From Antechinus flavipes (lineage: Eukaryota): 64,000 nucleotides of DNA. The stretch is from contig NC_067401.1 of the NCBI RefSeq assembly GCF_016432865.1, forward strand, positions 348,564,001-348,628,000. Direction: 5' to 3'. The translations under genes were made by a program, and so were the position numbers. Position 1 is the first letter of the stretch, and every line of letters begins with the position of its first letter. A model generated the notes under the pieces. It ran no database searches. It was not told the DNA's origin and saw only the letters and a program-made list of their open reading frames with translations. Positions 51,176 to 64,000 of the stretch are shown piece by piece.

Positions 51176-53789
51176 TACTTGCATAGTTGATTATTTTAAC
51201 CAAGTGTAAGACTTTATATCTTTTCTTCACTTTATAGCTTTTCTTCTTAAATTTATAATTTTACTAATGTTCTTGCCTGTTAAAAATCTTTTTGGATCCT
51301 GACTTTCTCTTCTAGTGTGTTAGCTGTCTCTCCCAGTTTTATTTCATCCGTAACATACCTTATGAGGTCATTGTGAGGATCAAATATAATCTAAACTAAT
51401 GTTTTACAAACCTTCAATTGCTATAAAAGTGTTACCTACTATTTTGTTAATAGCTGTGATAAACATATAAGTTATATCTTTCTTCATCTGTAAAATACTT
51501 GAATTAGATGGTTTCTAAGATCTCTTCCAGGTCTACAAATCTAATTTTAATAGTTTTTTTTTAGGGATGAGAAATGAATTAATTGATTTTGTTGTTCAGT
51601 TGTGTCCAACTCTTTATTATTCCATCTGGGGTTTTCTTGGCAATGATACCAGAGTGATTTGTTATTTTCTTTTTTTTTTTTTTGTTATTTTCTTCTCCAA
51701 CTCATTTTATAGATGAAGAAATAGAGGCACATAAGGTTAAGAGATTTGCCTAGAATGCTACAGCTGGTAAATGTCTGAGGCCAGATTTGAACTCAGAAAA
51801 CTCTTCCTGACTCACTCCAGGCCTCACACTCTATCTACTGTACCACCTATCTGCCCATTCTGGGAAATGTACCCATAGGGTAGAGATATGATCTTGAGCT
51901 AGTTTTTGTAGACATATCCAGAGAAAGTACTAGAATTGGAGTCGCAGCACTTGAGTTTGAATTTTAATGGCCACTTATATACTAATGAGTAAGTTTCTCA
52001 GGATTTCAGTTTCTCCATCTATAAAATGATGGGTTTGGAATAGATGGCTTCTAAGATCCCTTTTAGCTCTAAATCTATGATTTTATGATCATCCTTTTTA
52101 AACATTTTATTAAGGATTACCCTGAAATAAAACATTCACTCTCTTTCAATGTACTTTATAGCCAACTATAATGCTCTGGGTTTAGGTTCAATCTTAGAAG
52201 GATCTCAAATGTATTTCTTTGGCCAATCTTCTTCCTCTTTCTGCAAATACAAGAATATATCTTATCTTGCCCCTTAGGATTTCTTAGGCCCATATATAAT
52301 GAGTGTAGCGCTAGAAAGGGCCTTAGAAGTTAACTAGTCTAATTCCCTCATTTTATAGATGAGGAAACTAAGGCCCATAGAGTTATAGTAACTTGCCTAA
52401 GACCACAAAAATGGCAGAGTCCAGTGTTGAATCTAGGTTCTCTGATTCCAGATACAGTTGGTTTTCTAATGGGTTTACCCTGGGAACATTTTTTTCACAT
52501 TTAGATCTCTACAATAAAGAAAAAGGACCTTATCTACTATCCAAATGTTTTCTCTTAATAAACATCAAAAGTGTGAAAATAACACTAGACTCGGAACTAG
52601 AAACTCCTAGCTTTGACTCTGTTACCTATGAATTTTGTGATCTTAGGAAAATCAATTAATCTCCCCGTAACTCAGTTTCTTTAACTATAAAACAGTCTGA
52701 TAATACTGTCACAACTTTCCTCACAGAATTGTTGTAAAAGCATGAAATCATACATTCTCAGAGTTTGAAGGTACTACAGAGGTTATATAGTAGAACTCTG
52801 ATACATGAATACCCTTTTCAAAAAGTATCCAATCTCTATTTCAACACTTCCAGTGGTATAAAGTACACTATAAAATTTCCATTTAATTTGCAGATAATTC
52901 TAATGGATAGGAAATTCTTATTTTTGAAGTCACACATCAGTCTAATCTCTTTTCTACAAGGCAGTCCATTCAAGTACTTGAAGGCTACTATTATAATAGC
53001 CTCCCTTCCTCAAATGTTTTCATCTCTAAACCTAACAATATCCACTTGCAATAATCAACCTTATATTTTATGTAAATTTCTTTACATCCTGATAATCTCT
53101 TGAAACTTTTAACATCAGTTAAAATGTAGTGACCAAAGCTGAATACGTGGGGGGACTGAAGTAAATTGTTTTAAAACCTATTCCTTTAAATAATTATTCA
53201 TTTAATCATCAACTTGGACCTAATTTTGTGGCTAATATCATGTGAATTTCTGAATTTTTTCAATCTTAGATGCATTTAGACAATAGGATCAATATCACCA
53301 ATTATCTCAATGCTACTGAAAACTGTCCTTAGCAAGAAAAGAAAGTGCTAACTTCTCAGCAATAGTCATTCTTTAATAAAAAAAAAAAAACTAACCAACA
53401 AAAAATGTAGGCTTGTAGAAGAAAAAAATTTATCAGAGGTCCAATATAAGCCATAATTTTAATACACAGTATTATTGTAACATAGGCACATCTTTTCATT
53501 ATCAGAGCAAAAAGAAAGTATTAAATGTAAACCACTACTGTATATATTACTGTGTTTCTATTTGGAGGGTGTGCAGTCTGGCTACAAAGTAAGACTGCTA
53601 CTTCCTCTACTCTTCAGTCATATAATGTTAGATTTGGAAAGAACCTTAAAGGTCATCTCATCTAAGTTTTTCCTTTTTATTCGTAGAGACCCTCAGGCCA
53701 GAGAGGTGAAGTAATTTGCTCTAGAGCACACAACTAATTTGTTGCAGAATTAGGACTAGGGTCCAAGAGTCTTGGACCCTACTTTCTTT

Positions 53790-54850
53790 CTTTTAGGCTA
53801 TGCATGTACAATCATGTTAAATGTTGTTTACATATTAGTTATGCTATGAAAGAAGAATTATTTTAAAAAGGGAAAATCATGAGAAATAAAAAACAAATAA
53901 AAACAGTATGCTTTCATCTGCATTTAGTTTCCATAGTTCTTTCTCTGGAGAAGTTGGCATTTTCCATCACAAGTTTTGGAACTGTCTTGAATCGCTTTAT
54001 TTCTGAGAAGATGTAAGTTTATTATAGTTGATCACGTACTCTGGCTATTACTGAGTAATACTCCCCTGTTTCTCATTTCACTCAGATTTAGTTCACATAA
54101 GTCTTTCAAAGTTTGTCTGAAATCATCCTGCTGATAGTTTCTTATAGAACAATAATATTCCATTACACTTACATACCATAACTTAGTCAGCCATTTCCCT
54201 GTAGAGGGCCACAGACAGTGGGGAACTCTGGGCAAGGTGTAAGACCCTTCAGCCCTGAGGGAACCTGCTAACAATGTCTGGTTCTGCTCCTCATGTCCCC
54301 TAAGGGCTCTCAGCCTTCCTGAGAAGTCAGGGGATGGTGACAACCTGTGTTGAGATTGAAGCAGAGTGATAGCAGGTGGCAAAGAGGGATACCAGGTGAC
54401 AAACTACATACAATAGCAAGTTGTTTATGTGGTCCTACATACACAGTATATACTGGGTGCATGTGCAGTGCCCATAAGGGTATGAGGGTATAAAAAAGGG
54501 AAAGTCCTTGAAATAAATGAACTCCATTTTCCTACCATCCTTGGGAGCCTCGCCTCATCAATTCTCCACTAGAACGGTATATTTTAATCTTCTGGCTATG
54601 GGGACTCTAGAAAGCATGGTACATTTTATCATCCCAACTTGGGGGCTCTAGAAAGCAGAATATTTTAATCATCCCGTGGGGGATCTAGAAAGCAACATTA
54701 TGTTTTGTCAACCCAACTTGAGTGCTCTAGAAAGCAGGATACAACATTTCCCAATTGATGGGCATCCCCGAAACTTTTAATTCTTTGCCGTAACATAAAG
54801 AGCTTCTATAAAAAATTTCTGTACATGTGGACTGGACTCTACTTTCAAGC
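53790..54850 (-). mobile_element. Antisense L1 3' fragment split by an LTR insertion
   Basis: L1 sequence cagccatttccc|aattgatgggcatcc is continuous once 54200-54752 is removed. Confidence 0.75.
54200..54746 (+). mobile_element. Solo ERV LTR with 6-bp TSD (class II / ERVK-like)
   Basis: TG...CA termini, TATA (gtataaaaa ~54488) and AATAAA (~54512). TSD TTTCCC at 54194-54199 and 54747-54752. Four ~40-bp repeats containing ctctagaaagca near the 3' end. Confidence 0.9.
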
Positions 54851-55669
54851 TGCTTTTACTAAAGCCTTTGGAGGATCTATCAGTCCTATGAAATGAATAT
54901 GAACTTTTGACTCTATTCATGCACATGAGTTCCTTATGAAATTTAATTAGCAGTTTTTTCCCATGACCCTTTATTCTTGGGTAATTTGAAGCCAACAGTT
55001 TTACTAACCCTATCACTTTCATCTTCAGGTATTATAATTTTTTTCTCCAAGTTTCTCTTTTCAAAAAAAAAAGCATATATCTACCAGGATATACACTCCT
55101 GGTAAATGTCCCTTACATTGTTTTTGAAATATGTAGTTCTCTACTCTTTCTTGTCACTTCAAAGACAGTAAAATTATTCACTAGGCTACAAATGCATGGG
55201 AATATAAAAATTACACATGCAAACCAGATTCAGTAAGAGAACTTGCTTTTTTAATTTCATTTTGTCCAGAAAAAATTTCAAGTCCTCACAAGAATGAACA
55301 CTGAGTAGATGAACAAACATAGGACCCCAAGATATAGAGATAGAAGGGATTTTAAAGGCTAGTTCCTACATTTTATAAATGAAAAAACTGAGATCTGTGG
55401 AGGTTAAGTGAATTGTTATAAATCACTAAGGTGGAAAGAACCAAGAGTGAAATTTGAACTCAAGCCCTCTGATTGTTTTTCCCCCCACTTCACTGCATGG
55501 TCTTGGATGGTAGTAAAAAAAAAAAAAAAAGGCTAGGAGTTAATAATAATTGAAAAAAAAGGAATCATGAGTTTTTTTTCTGTTTCTATTACTGGGTTTA
55601 CTTATTCTTTGGGTACACTGACATGGATCAAAAAGATAAACACCATTGATTCATTTAGACGTCATCCCT

Positions 55670-56050
55670 GTGATATGACAATCTTGCCCTACTCTGATCT
55701 GTTTGGGCGCTATCTGGAGTACTGTGTTGAGTTTTGGGCACTGCATTTGAACAACCTAGAGAGTTTCATGAGGATTGATTGAAGAAACTGAAGAGGTTTA
55801 ACCTGGAAGAGAGATTTAGAGACAGCAAAATAACTTTCTTTAGTATCTGGAAGGTGAATTAACCATGTTCTGCTTTACCTCAAGGGACAAAGTAATGGGT
55901 AGAAGTTGTAGACAAACACATTTAGATTTGAGGCAAGGAGATACTAACAATTTGGGATATCCCAAAGTATAGGCTCCCTCAAGAGGTAGATAGTTTCCTT
56001 TTAAAGTCTTCAAGCAAAAGCTAGATCATCAATAATTGAGTATGATGTAA
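55670..56050 (+). mobile_element. L3/CR1 LINE 3' fragment
   Basis: Translates YSDLFGRYLEYCVEFWA, a degraded form of the CR1 motif LYSALVRPHLEYCVQFWAP. Other L3 remnants lie near 49900-50270, 52830-53150 and 60170-60480. Confidence 0.7.
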
Positions 56051-58369
56051 AGAGGATTTTTCTTTAGGCATGATTTCTAAAGTTTCTTACAATTATGACA
56101 TCTATGATTCTATTAACAAGATAAGAAGTGAAAGTATCATAATCCTGCTTTTTACAGGTAAGAAAACAGGAGTTAAAAAGAGACTTGCCTAAAGTCACAT
56201 TCAAACCTGATATTCCTGACTCGAACCTTTTTAGTCTGCCATATTGCTCCCTCATGACCAACTGGAGAAAACACATTGAAAAGCTAGTTTTTGCTGCTAA
56301 AACATTTTCTTCTTTCTTTTCTCCCTCCCTCCCTCCTTCCCTTTTTTCCTTCCTTCCTTCCTTTCTTCTTTCCTTCCTTCTTCTTTTGCTATACTTTCAA
56401 TGTACAAAAGCAGTAAAAGTTATAATTCAGTAGCTTTATTCTATACTCCCAAATAACATGAGAAAAATATCGACAAAGATTAGGATATGGAAAATTTCCA
56501 TATCAATCAATCAACAAGCATTAGCTAAATGTCTATTATATGTCTGCCACTGAGTTAAACATTGAAGACACAAAGACAAAAAAATGAAAGTCTCTATCTT
56601 CAAGGATCTTACATTCTATTTGGGAGAGAGCATATATCTATACACATACATATTTAGGTATGCATACACATCACATATAGGTACCACATATGAAATTTTA
56701 TATAAGGATACAAAATATATGCAAATAAATAGGAATAAAGAAAGGATTGGATTCAATCAACTATGATAGACTTAGCTCTTCTCAGCAATACAGTGATCCA
56801 ATAATCCATTAATGAATGAGGAAACTCCCTCTGCCACAGTCAGCATCTTTTCTACACATTAGAGCCCTAAAAGTTGCCAGAATAATGATTAGTTGAGTGA
56901 TTTACTAAGCTTATGCAATCAGTTTATATCAAGTCTTCCCAGCTCTGAGGCCAATCCATTATATTATACAGAATGAAAGAAAGAAAATTTGGGGAGAAGG
57001 CACTAACAGTTTAGGAATCACAAAAAGTCTTGTGGTTGAACTGAGCTTTGAAGCAAATTTAAGAGTCAAAGAGACAAAAGTGAGAAACTCTTATGTCCCA
57101 GTCATTGACCACAGAGTGTGCAAGGTCATAGAGATGGGGCTGAATTATCATGTATGAAACAAAACAATTCTCATCCAAGGCTCCCAATGCTTGTGAAATA
57201 AGGTTGTAGAATCCTACTATCGCGTGGGCAATTTTTGTTGTATTATTAGCAGTGTCCTTATATTAATATCTGTTTGAAGGTCACTTAATAGCTTTTTCTG
57301 GACATCTAAATTTCTACTCTTGATTCTTTAACAATTTTGTACAATGTTATAATTCAACTAAGCCTGGGAGTGATATAGTATCCACTTGGTTTCTTTTTTT
57401 TTTCTTAGCTGTAGGGAGTTTATTTTAAACTAAAAGTCTCCCATCTGGCCATTGGATTCAGATGACTCTGGAGGATAAAGTGAGGTAGGTAACCTTGCAC
57501 AGCCCTCCATCACTGAAAAGCAATTCATTGTCATGTCATGGCATCACCTCCCTGATATCATGAACCTCTTCAAGAAAAAAAGAACAAATAACAAAATTTA
57601 GGTGTTCAATTAAAATCATTCTGAGCTTTCATCTAAGAAAATATCATTCTTATTTAAGAGATTGAACTCTGTGGTAAGATTACTGGAAACACTTAACAAA
57701 ACAGCAGATTATTTTATGGTGTGTGTGGCTAGAAAGGCATTGAAAGTGGAATTTTGGTGGAAAGTAGGCCTTTTAGGGAGATTTCACTTAGTCTTTAATT
57801 ATGAAAGAACTTTTTCATAGTATAATATCAATCTGGGTCTTGGGCTCCAAGGTATTTAAAGAGCCAGTGACCCTCCTTGACACATTCCTTTTCTGCCAAA
57901 GTTTAGTTTTAGACCTCTTTCTTTTCCCTCTGTCCTTAGGCTCCTGTTTCTTGGCTCAGCTCTAGATGTACCAGCTCCTATCTCATTTTGACTATGACTC
58001 CAGATCCCTGGAATCTTGATACCTGGCTCTGATACCTCCTTCCTTTTATATAAATCCCTTAGGGAATGACCAAGTTCTTCATACAAAGGCTTTGGCTTTG
58101 ACTGATTCAGCGCCATTCACCTTCAATGCTGAATGATTGATTTAATCTGAAAGTGTTCTTACCTAACAAAAGTAATTATTTATTTTTCTTTTTTAAAACT
58201 GTTTATATTCCTTTTTAAAAAATAATAGCTTTTTACTTTTCAAAATACATGCAAAGGTGGTTTTCAACATTCACTCTTTTTTGTTTTTAATTAAAGCTTT
58301 TTATTTTCAAAACATATGCATGGATAATTTTTCAACATTAACCCTTGCAAAACCTTGTGTTCCAATTTT

Positions 58370-58847
58370 CTTGGGAACTAAAAGATGGTTAAAGTATAAT
58401 TAGGAATTGCCATAAATGCTTATGTATATGGTTTCAAGTCAGAGAAATCAAACAATCCATAAAATTGACAAAGAAAACATAAATAAACTAACAAAATTCA
58501 CTGACATTTAACCTTGTATAATATTTACCTTTCATTACTGGCTTCACGTAATGTAATCAATAATTAACACTTAACCATAAAAAACTTACTCAAATATTAA
58601 ATGTCAAATGTAGTAACATATAAAGGTCAATAAGAAAGACATATGTCTGAAGACTATATTGACCTAAAGAAAAATATGTGATCATGATATAGTATAATAT
58701 AAAGCCTGAAGGAGCCCGAGAGAAGTGGGAGCATCACTTCCATTAGTTTCTCACTCAAACTACCCCACGACTTCTGTCTTCCTTTGATGCTGACTCTATT
58801 CCTCCTGCTTAACCCCCTGGATCCCCTGCAGAGGCTGGACCCCTGCA
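58370..58847 (+). mobile_element. Partial ERVK-like LTR between two antisense L1 pieces
   Basis: Ends ggatcccctgcagaggctggacccctgCA, typical of class II LTR U5 ends; TATA-like tataatataaag at ~58693. No 5' TG or TSD was identified. Confidence 0.45.
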
Positions 58848-60492
58848 CTGGATCAAAAAGTATGCACAGTTTTATAGTTCTTTGGGAATAGTTCCAAATT
58901 GCTCTCCAGAATGGTTAGATCAGTTCACAACTTCATCAACAATGTATCAGTGTCCCAGTTTTCCCACATCCCCTCCAACATTTATTATTCTCTTTTCCTG
59001 TCATCTTAGCCAATCTGAGAAATGTGACTTGGTACCTCAGGACTGTCTTAATTTGCATTTCTCTAATCAATAATGATTCAAATTCAAAACTAATTACTTA
59101 AGAGATAATGTAATCAGTAGAGCCCTAGCCTCATAACAGCCATTAGACACCAGTTCAAAATCAGTGATATTTGTGGGTATCTTGCAATTGGGAATGTAAA
59201 GAAATTTTGAACTAAAATCTTATATGTTTCACTGACTCATGGATTATCACATTCAGGTCACATAGTTTCTGATTTTTTTTTTTGAGTTTGATTGCCATAA
59301 AGTGGAAGTATTATTGCACTTAAAACTACCTTCAAATTTTGTCTTCCCTACATGAAAATTATGAGAAAATAAATCATCTTGTGTGGGAAGCATCCAAAGT
59401 TCTTTGGGAGAGCCCTGCTGCTCTGCCAGGCTCAGTAGGGACTGGCAATTCTGCCAGTAAGGGAGAGCCAACATTAAGAATGAATGTTACAAGTGGAATA
59501 AAAAAGTTAGCAGGATTTTCCTGTGCTCTAGCTGTGATCTGACAGCTTGTTGATGGTCTGATTTTGTGTACACTTCCCATTTATTTCAGGCCTAATGTTC
59601 TGTATTTAGATGGACTAGATATTCACAGATATCCTCTAGTATATCTACTACTAGAGGATTACATGGTGAGATAATGGATTTTTTTAAAATTGAATTTCAG
59701 CTTAATTATTTGAAGATTAGACTTCTTACTTAGGGAGATGTGAAAAACAAGTAGCAAACATGACAACAAAAAACCTTTTAAAAAGGCAAGATTTATTTTG
59801 AGGTGTGATATTGCTATTCATATTTTCTGCTCACGGAATAGACTCAAAGCTCAATTTAATTTAGTAAACATTTACTAAGCATCAACTATGTATTAGACAC
59901 CCAGTGAGATACAAAGTTTTATCCCTCTCTTCATGGAGCTTACAATTTAGTTTGGGGCTATACAATTGAATTAGAAAGGACCTCAAATATAACCTTTCTA
60001 ATAAAGAAGTATCATTTGTGCTATATACTTGAACTGGTATTTGTTTATACTGTACTTAAACACACTTAGTGATTAAGAGCTCACTCATTTTTCAAGGTAT
60101 CCCTAGATATTGTTATTTCTATTTAGTATTTTCTTTATGTTAGGACAAAATGTGTCTTCTTCTGGCCTACTAGTTCTAGATCAGCTTCTGACATGAGAAG
60201 AAACAAGTCTATTCCTTTTTCCATGTGAAAATCTTTCAGATTTTTAAAGACACTTATACCCATCTCTTTTAAATCTTCCCTTCTCTACCAAAGACTTCCA
60301 GTTCAGCAAATACCCATTCAGGATATGATTTTCAAATTTCTCATCTTCCCAGACACCTTTATCAAAAAGTTTTCCAAATTCTTAACCTTACTCGCTCAGA
60401 ACTAAACATAATACCTTAGACATGTGGTCTGATCAGCACAGAATCTAGTATTATTCTCTTGAAAACAGAACATTCTACTTCTGTTAATATTA

Positions 60493-60630
60493 NNNNNNNN
60501 NNNNNNNNNNNNNNNNNNNNNNNNNNNNNNNNNNNNNNNNNNNNNNNNNNNNNNNNNNNNNNNNNNNNNNNNNNNNNNNNNNNNNNNNNNNNNNNNNNNN
60601 NNNNNNNNNNNNNNNNNNNNNNNNNNNNNN
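60493..60630. other. Assembly gap (138 N)
   Basis: Run of N. Confidence 1.
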
Positions 60631-61449
60631 ACATGCTGTTAATGTAATTTTTAATTATATTTTGTGTGGAAGGGGGTTATATGGACTATTATATTATAAT
60701 TTCCCTAATATTTGACCATTCCTTTTATAAATATTATCTAGCCATAGTATTTGATCTTTTGATGTGTTGCATCCTCTTTGCTAATATTTTATTTATCATA
60801 TTTGCATTCATATTCATTAGGGATATTCATTGTCTTTCTTTCTCTCATCCATCTCTTCCTGGTTCAACTATTGAGACCGCATTTTATAATAGAAAGAATA
60901 TGGTAAGAATTCTTTCTTTCCTTTGGCTCTCTCTCCACTTCCATTTTTGCAAGCAGTTTATAGAGTACTGAAGTTAATTGCTCTTTTACATGTTTGATAA
61001 ATTCATTTAGAATTCTATCTGGATCTGAATTTGTTTGGGATTTTTTCTTGGAAATTTCATTTATGGTTTATTCTATTTATTTTTCTGAAACAAATAAATT
61101 TCCTAATTCTTGCTTTATTGATCTGAGTATGTTACATTGCCATAGATATTCATCCATTTTGTTTAAATTGTTAGTTGTTTTAGCATAAATTAGGCAAAAT
61201 AGTTTTAAATAATTTCTTATTTTTATTGTGATTTCTCCTTTTTCTATTTTTGATATTTTTCTCTCTTTTAAATTAGATTATATAAAAATTTATATATTTA
61301 TTTCTCTAAAATATTCAGTTTTATAAATTAATACAATATCTTTTTGCATTCAATTTTATGAATCTCTTCTTTGATTTTTCAGAATTTCTATTTAGTATTA
61401 GTTGGAGTTTATAATTTGTTGATCCTCTAACATTGTTTTTAAGTTGTTG

Positions 61450-61707
61450 NNNNNNNNNNNNNNNNNNNNNNNNNNNNNNNNNNNNNNNNNNNNNNNNNNN
61501 NNNNNNNNNNNNNNNNNNNNNNNNNNNNNNNNNNNNNNNNNNNNNNNNNNNNNNNNNNNNNNNNNNNNNNNNNNNNNNNNNNNNNNNNNNNNNNNNNNNN
61601 NNNNNNNNNNNNNNNNNNNNNNNNNNNNNNNNNNNNNNNNNNNNNNNNNNNNNNNNNNNNNNNNNNNNNNNNNNNNNNNNNNNNNNNNNNNNNNNNNNNN
61701 NNNNNNN
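61450..61707. other. Assembly gap (258 N)
   Basis: Run of N. Confidence 1.
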
Positions 61708-64000
61708 CTATATTGCCTTGGGATACAGAGATCTATAGGCTACAAATTCTAGCAAATCTTTGGTTACTCTGAGAGGTTTCTGGCTTGTTACCTTGTGCTA
61801 GAATTAGTTTTATTGCCCACATCTTCATTCTGATTGCCTACAGGCTTCTGGCTGACTTTTTGTGTAGTTGTTGTGTGGAAGAAGTCACTTAGAGCAGTTT
61901 ATTATTTGATTTCTTGATCATTATTTGGCCTGCTATGATTTCTAGGATTTGGCTATGGGGGGGCTGTTCAGTCAGCTTTTTTGGCCAGAAATTCTCTTAC
62001 TCTTTTCTTGACCTCTTGCATTCTGACTTCAATCCTTATTATTCAAGTAAGGCTGCTCTTTCCAAAGCAAATATTGATCTCTTAATTGACAAATCCAATG
62101 ACCTTTCCTTCCCCCTCATCTTAATCTTTTTTGATTTCTGCAGCATTTGATAATATTGATCACCAGCTTCTCCTATATATTCTGCCTTCTTTTGGTTTTC
62201 TTTCTACATAAATAGTTAATGTTTCTCAGTCTCTTATGATGGATCATCATTCAGGTTCTGTCATTAATGTGTAACTGGATCCCAAGGTTATGTCCAGTAT
62301 CCCCTTCTCTTCTTTATAGAGAATATATATTCCCTCTATCTCAATTATATTATCTTCTCTCACAAATTCAGTGATTATTGCTATGGTAATGAAACCCAAA
62401 TCTCTATATAAAGCTCTAGTCCCACATATCAATTGCTTACTGGATACTTCCACCCAGATGTCCTTTGGTATTTCAAACTGTTCAAAAATAGAACTTATCT
62501 CTCTCCTAAATTCATCCATCTCACTCATTTTCCACATTTTAAATGAAATTGTTTTCATTTAATAGTCAATATTTTCTCAGATATTTTGTTTTTCGTAGAA
62601 TGAAACTTCTACTAAATGTCTTGATGGTTGGAATACTCTATTACTCAAAAATGTTATCTCTGTATTATTTTAGCTATCTCTATCTAGAAAACATTGTTCA
62701 TATCCTCTGTCTCAGTGGCATACATTATACTCCCACAATAACATTTGAAAAAACTTTCAAGTCATAAAACTCAACAAACATTTATTAAATACCTAGATTA
62801 TGCAAGACACAAGGATGATCCTGGGGGACATAAAGATGAAAACAAAACAGTCTCTACCTTCAAGGAACCTGCATTCTATTAAGGAAGCTTCTTTATATTC
62901 TACTTAGAGTCTATCTTCACCCAAAGGCTTTCATTCTTAGTCTTAAGTATTTCCACATAAGTAGACATTAAAATCAACTTAACCAACATTTATTAAGTGC
63001 CTACTATATACAAGGCACTGGGAAAATTCTGTAAGCATGGTCAGTAAATTGAATGCAGGTCTTTTGCTTTGGAGAGAAGCATGTTAATACTGAATCACCC
63101 ATATGGTATCCTAGTGGAACCATGATATTACTTTAGCATAGTGTTACTCTGCTGCTTCTTTTAGATCCGTTTCCATTTTAGCCAATGTGAAATAGTGTGT
63201 AAGTTTCTATTAAATGTTTTGGGTTGCTTCTTAAATTCCAAAAGGCCTATATAGGAGGCATTTCTCCAGAGAACAGCTGTTCTTTGGCATTTCCCCAGAG
63301 GACAGCTGTTCCTTCTATGGTACATGTAATGGAATTATGCTACTTATAGATGATTTTTTTGGTTTGGTATAGTTTCTACTCTAATAAGAATCTGTCAAAT
63401 CACTTACTTGTTTACTTGTAAAGATACAAATCATTCCTTCCCTAGGACTGATTCTTTTAATACTTTCTTTCATTTTTGATTGTTTGTTGTAGAGTTGTCT
63501 CTGTCCTTTAAATGTGAAGTAGATAGGGCATCTAGATCTTTTCCTGGGTCTTTATTGCCTGCACTAATGAAGTGTTTGTTCTAGCATGGGTTCTAGCATC
63601 TTTATACAAAGTACAAAAGTTCTACTTTGTTTAACTGATGGAGACTTTGTTTTGAAACTGATTTCCCTAAGATTTAAATATCATATTGCCTCCACAGATG
63701 AAGACTTTTTTCTTTTGTATTGATATCTTCAAAATAAGTTAACTGTTCCACCAACGTCCCATTGGGGATAACATTGATTTATGGTCTGTTCATACCTCTA
63801 ACATATACCCTTGAATTTTTCTTTTTATAAGGATTAGCAGAGAGAAGGGGAGAGAGAATAGATTTTGGAGATTAGAAAAAAAGCTGTTTAAAACATGTAA
63901 GAACTTGATTCTCTGTAGTAAAGCTGTATGGAAGAATGCACATGGCCCCTTAGGAAATAGATGAAGAGAGAGAACTTTAACCCAGGAATTCCTTAACCAA

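Noticed and set aside
54575-54746. Spaced direct repeats resembling a CRISPR array
   Set aside because: Eukaryotic context, degenerate units with related rather than unique spacers, located inside a TG...CA LTR, and no cas genes.
57850-58130. Possible antisense LTR-like segment (TATA-like ttatataa)
   Set aside because: No clear TG/CA termini or TSD; left unannotated.
60416-61752. ORFs containing X runs
   Set aside because: Artefacts of translating across N gaps.

Overview
AT-rich mammalian genomic DNA. The marsupial-type SINEs (WSINE1/MAR1-like) and L1 3' ends point to a marsupial, probably a dasyurid (inference). The window holds the 3' half of TULP4 on the + strand: eight coding exons (8654-38766) that I spliced by hand into one uninterrupted frame of 3687 nt (1228 aa plus stop). 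These encode the end of the WD40 region, the SOCS box, a 2582-nt proline-rich exon and a tubby-like C-terminus, followed by a putative 3' UTR of about 5.4 kb. About 4.5 kb downstream on the same strand lies a 131-nt first coding exon of TMEM181 (MDADYPAFEK...), matching the TULP4-TMEM181 order I recall from human. The rest is intron or intergenic DNA packed with L1, L2, L3/CR1, MIR, MAR1, WSINE1 and several ERV LTRs, plus two N gaps. No prokaryotic, CRISPR, rRNA or tRNA features are present, and I cannot support a genuinely new biological system. The most unusual items are a ~260-280 bp inverted repeat made of LTR-like arms, an orphan LTR that still carries a tRNA-Lys3 primer-binding site, inverted L1 pairs around TULP4 exons, and a frame-switching skip of the large exon. 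Gene and repeat family names come from recall of known sequences, not from database searches.
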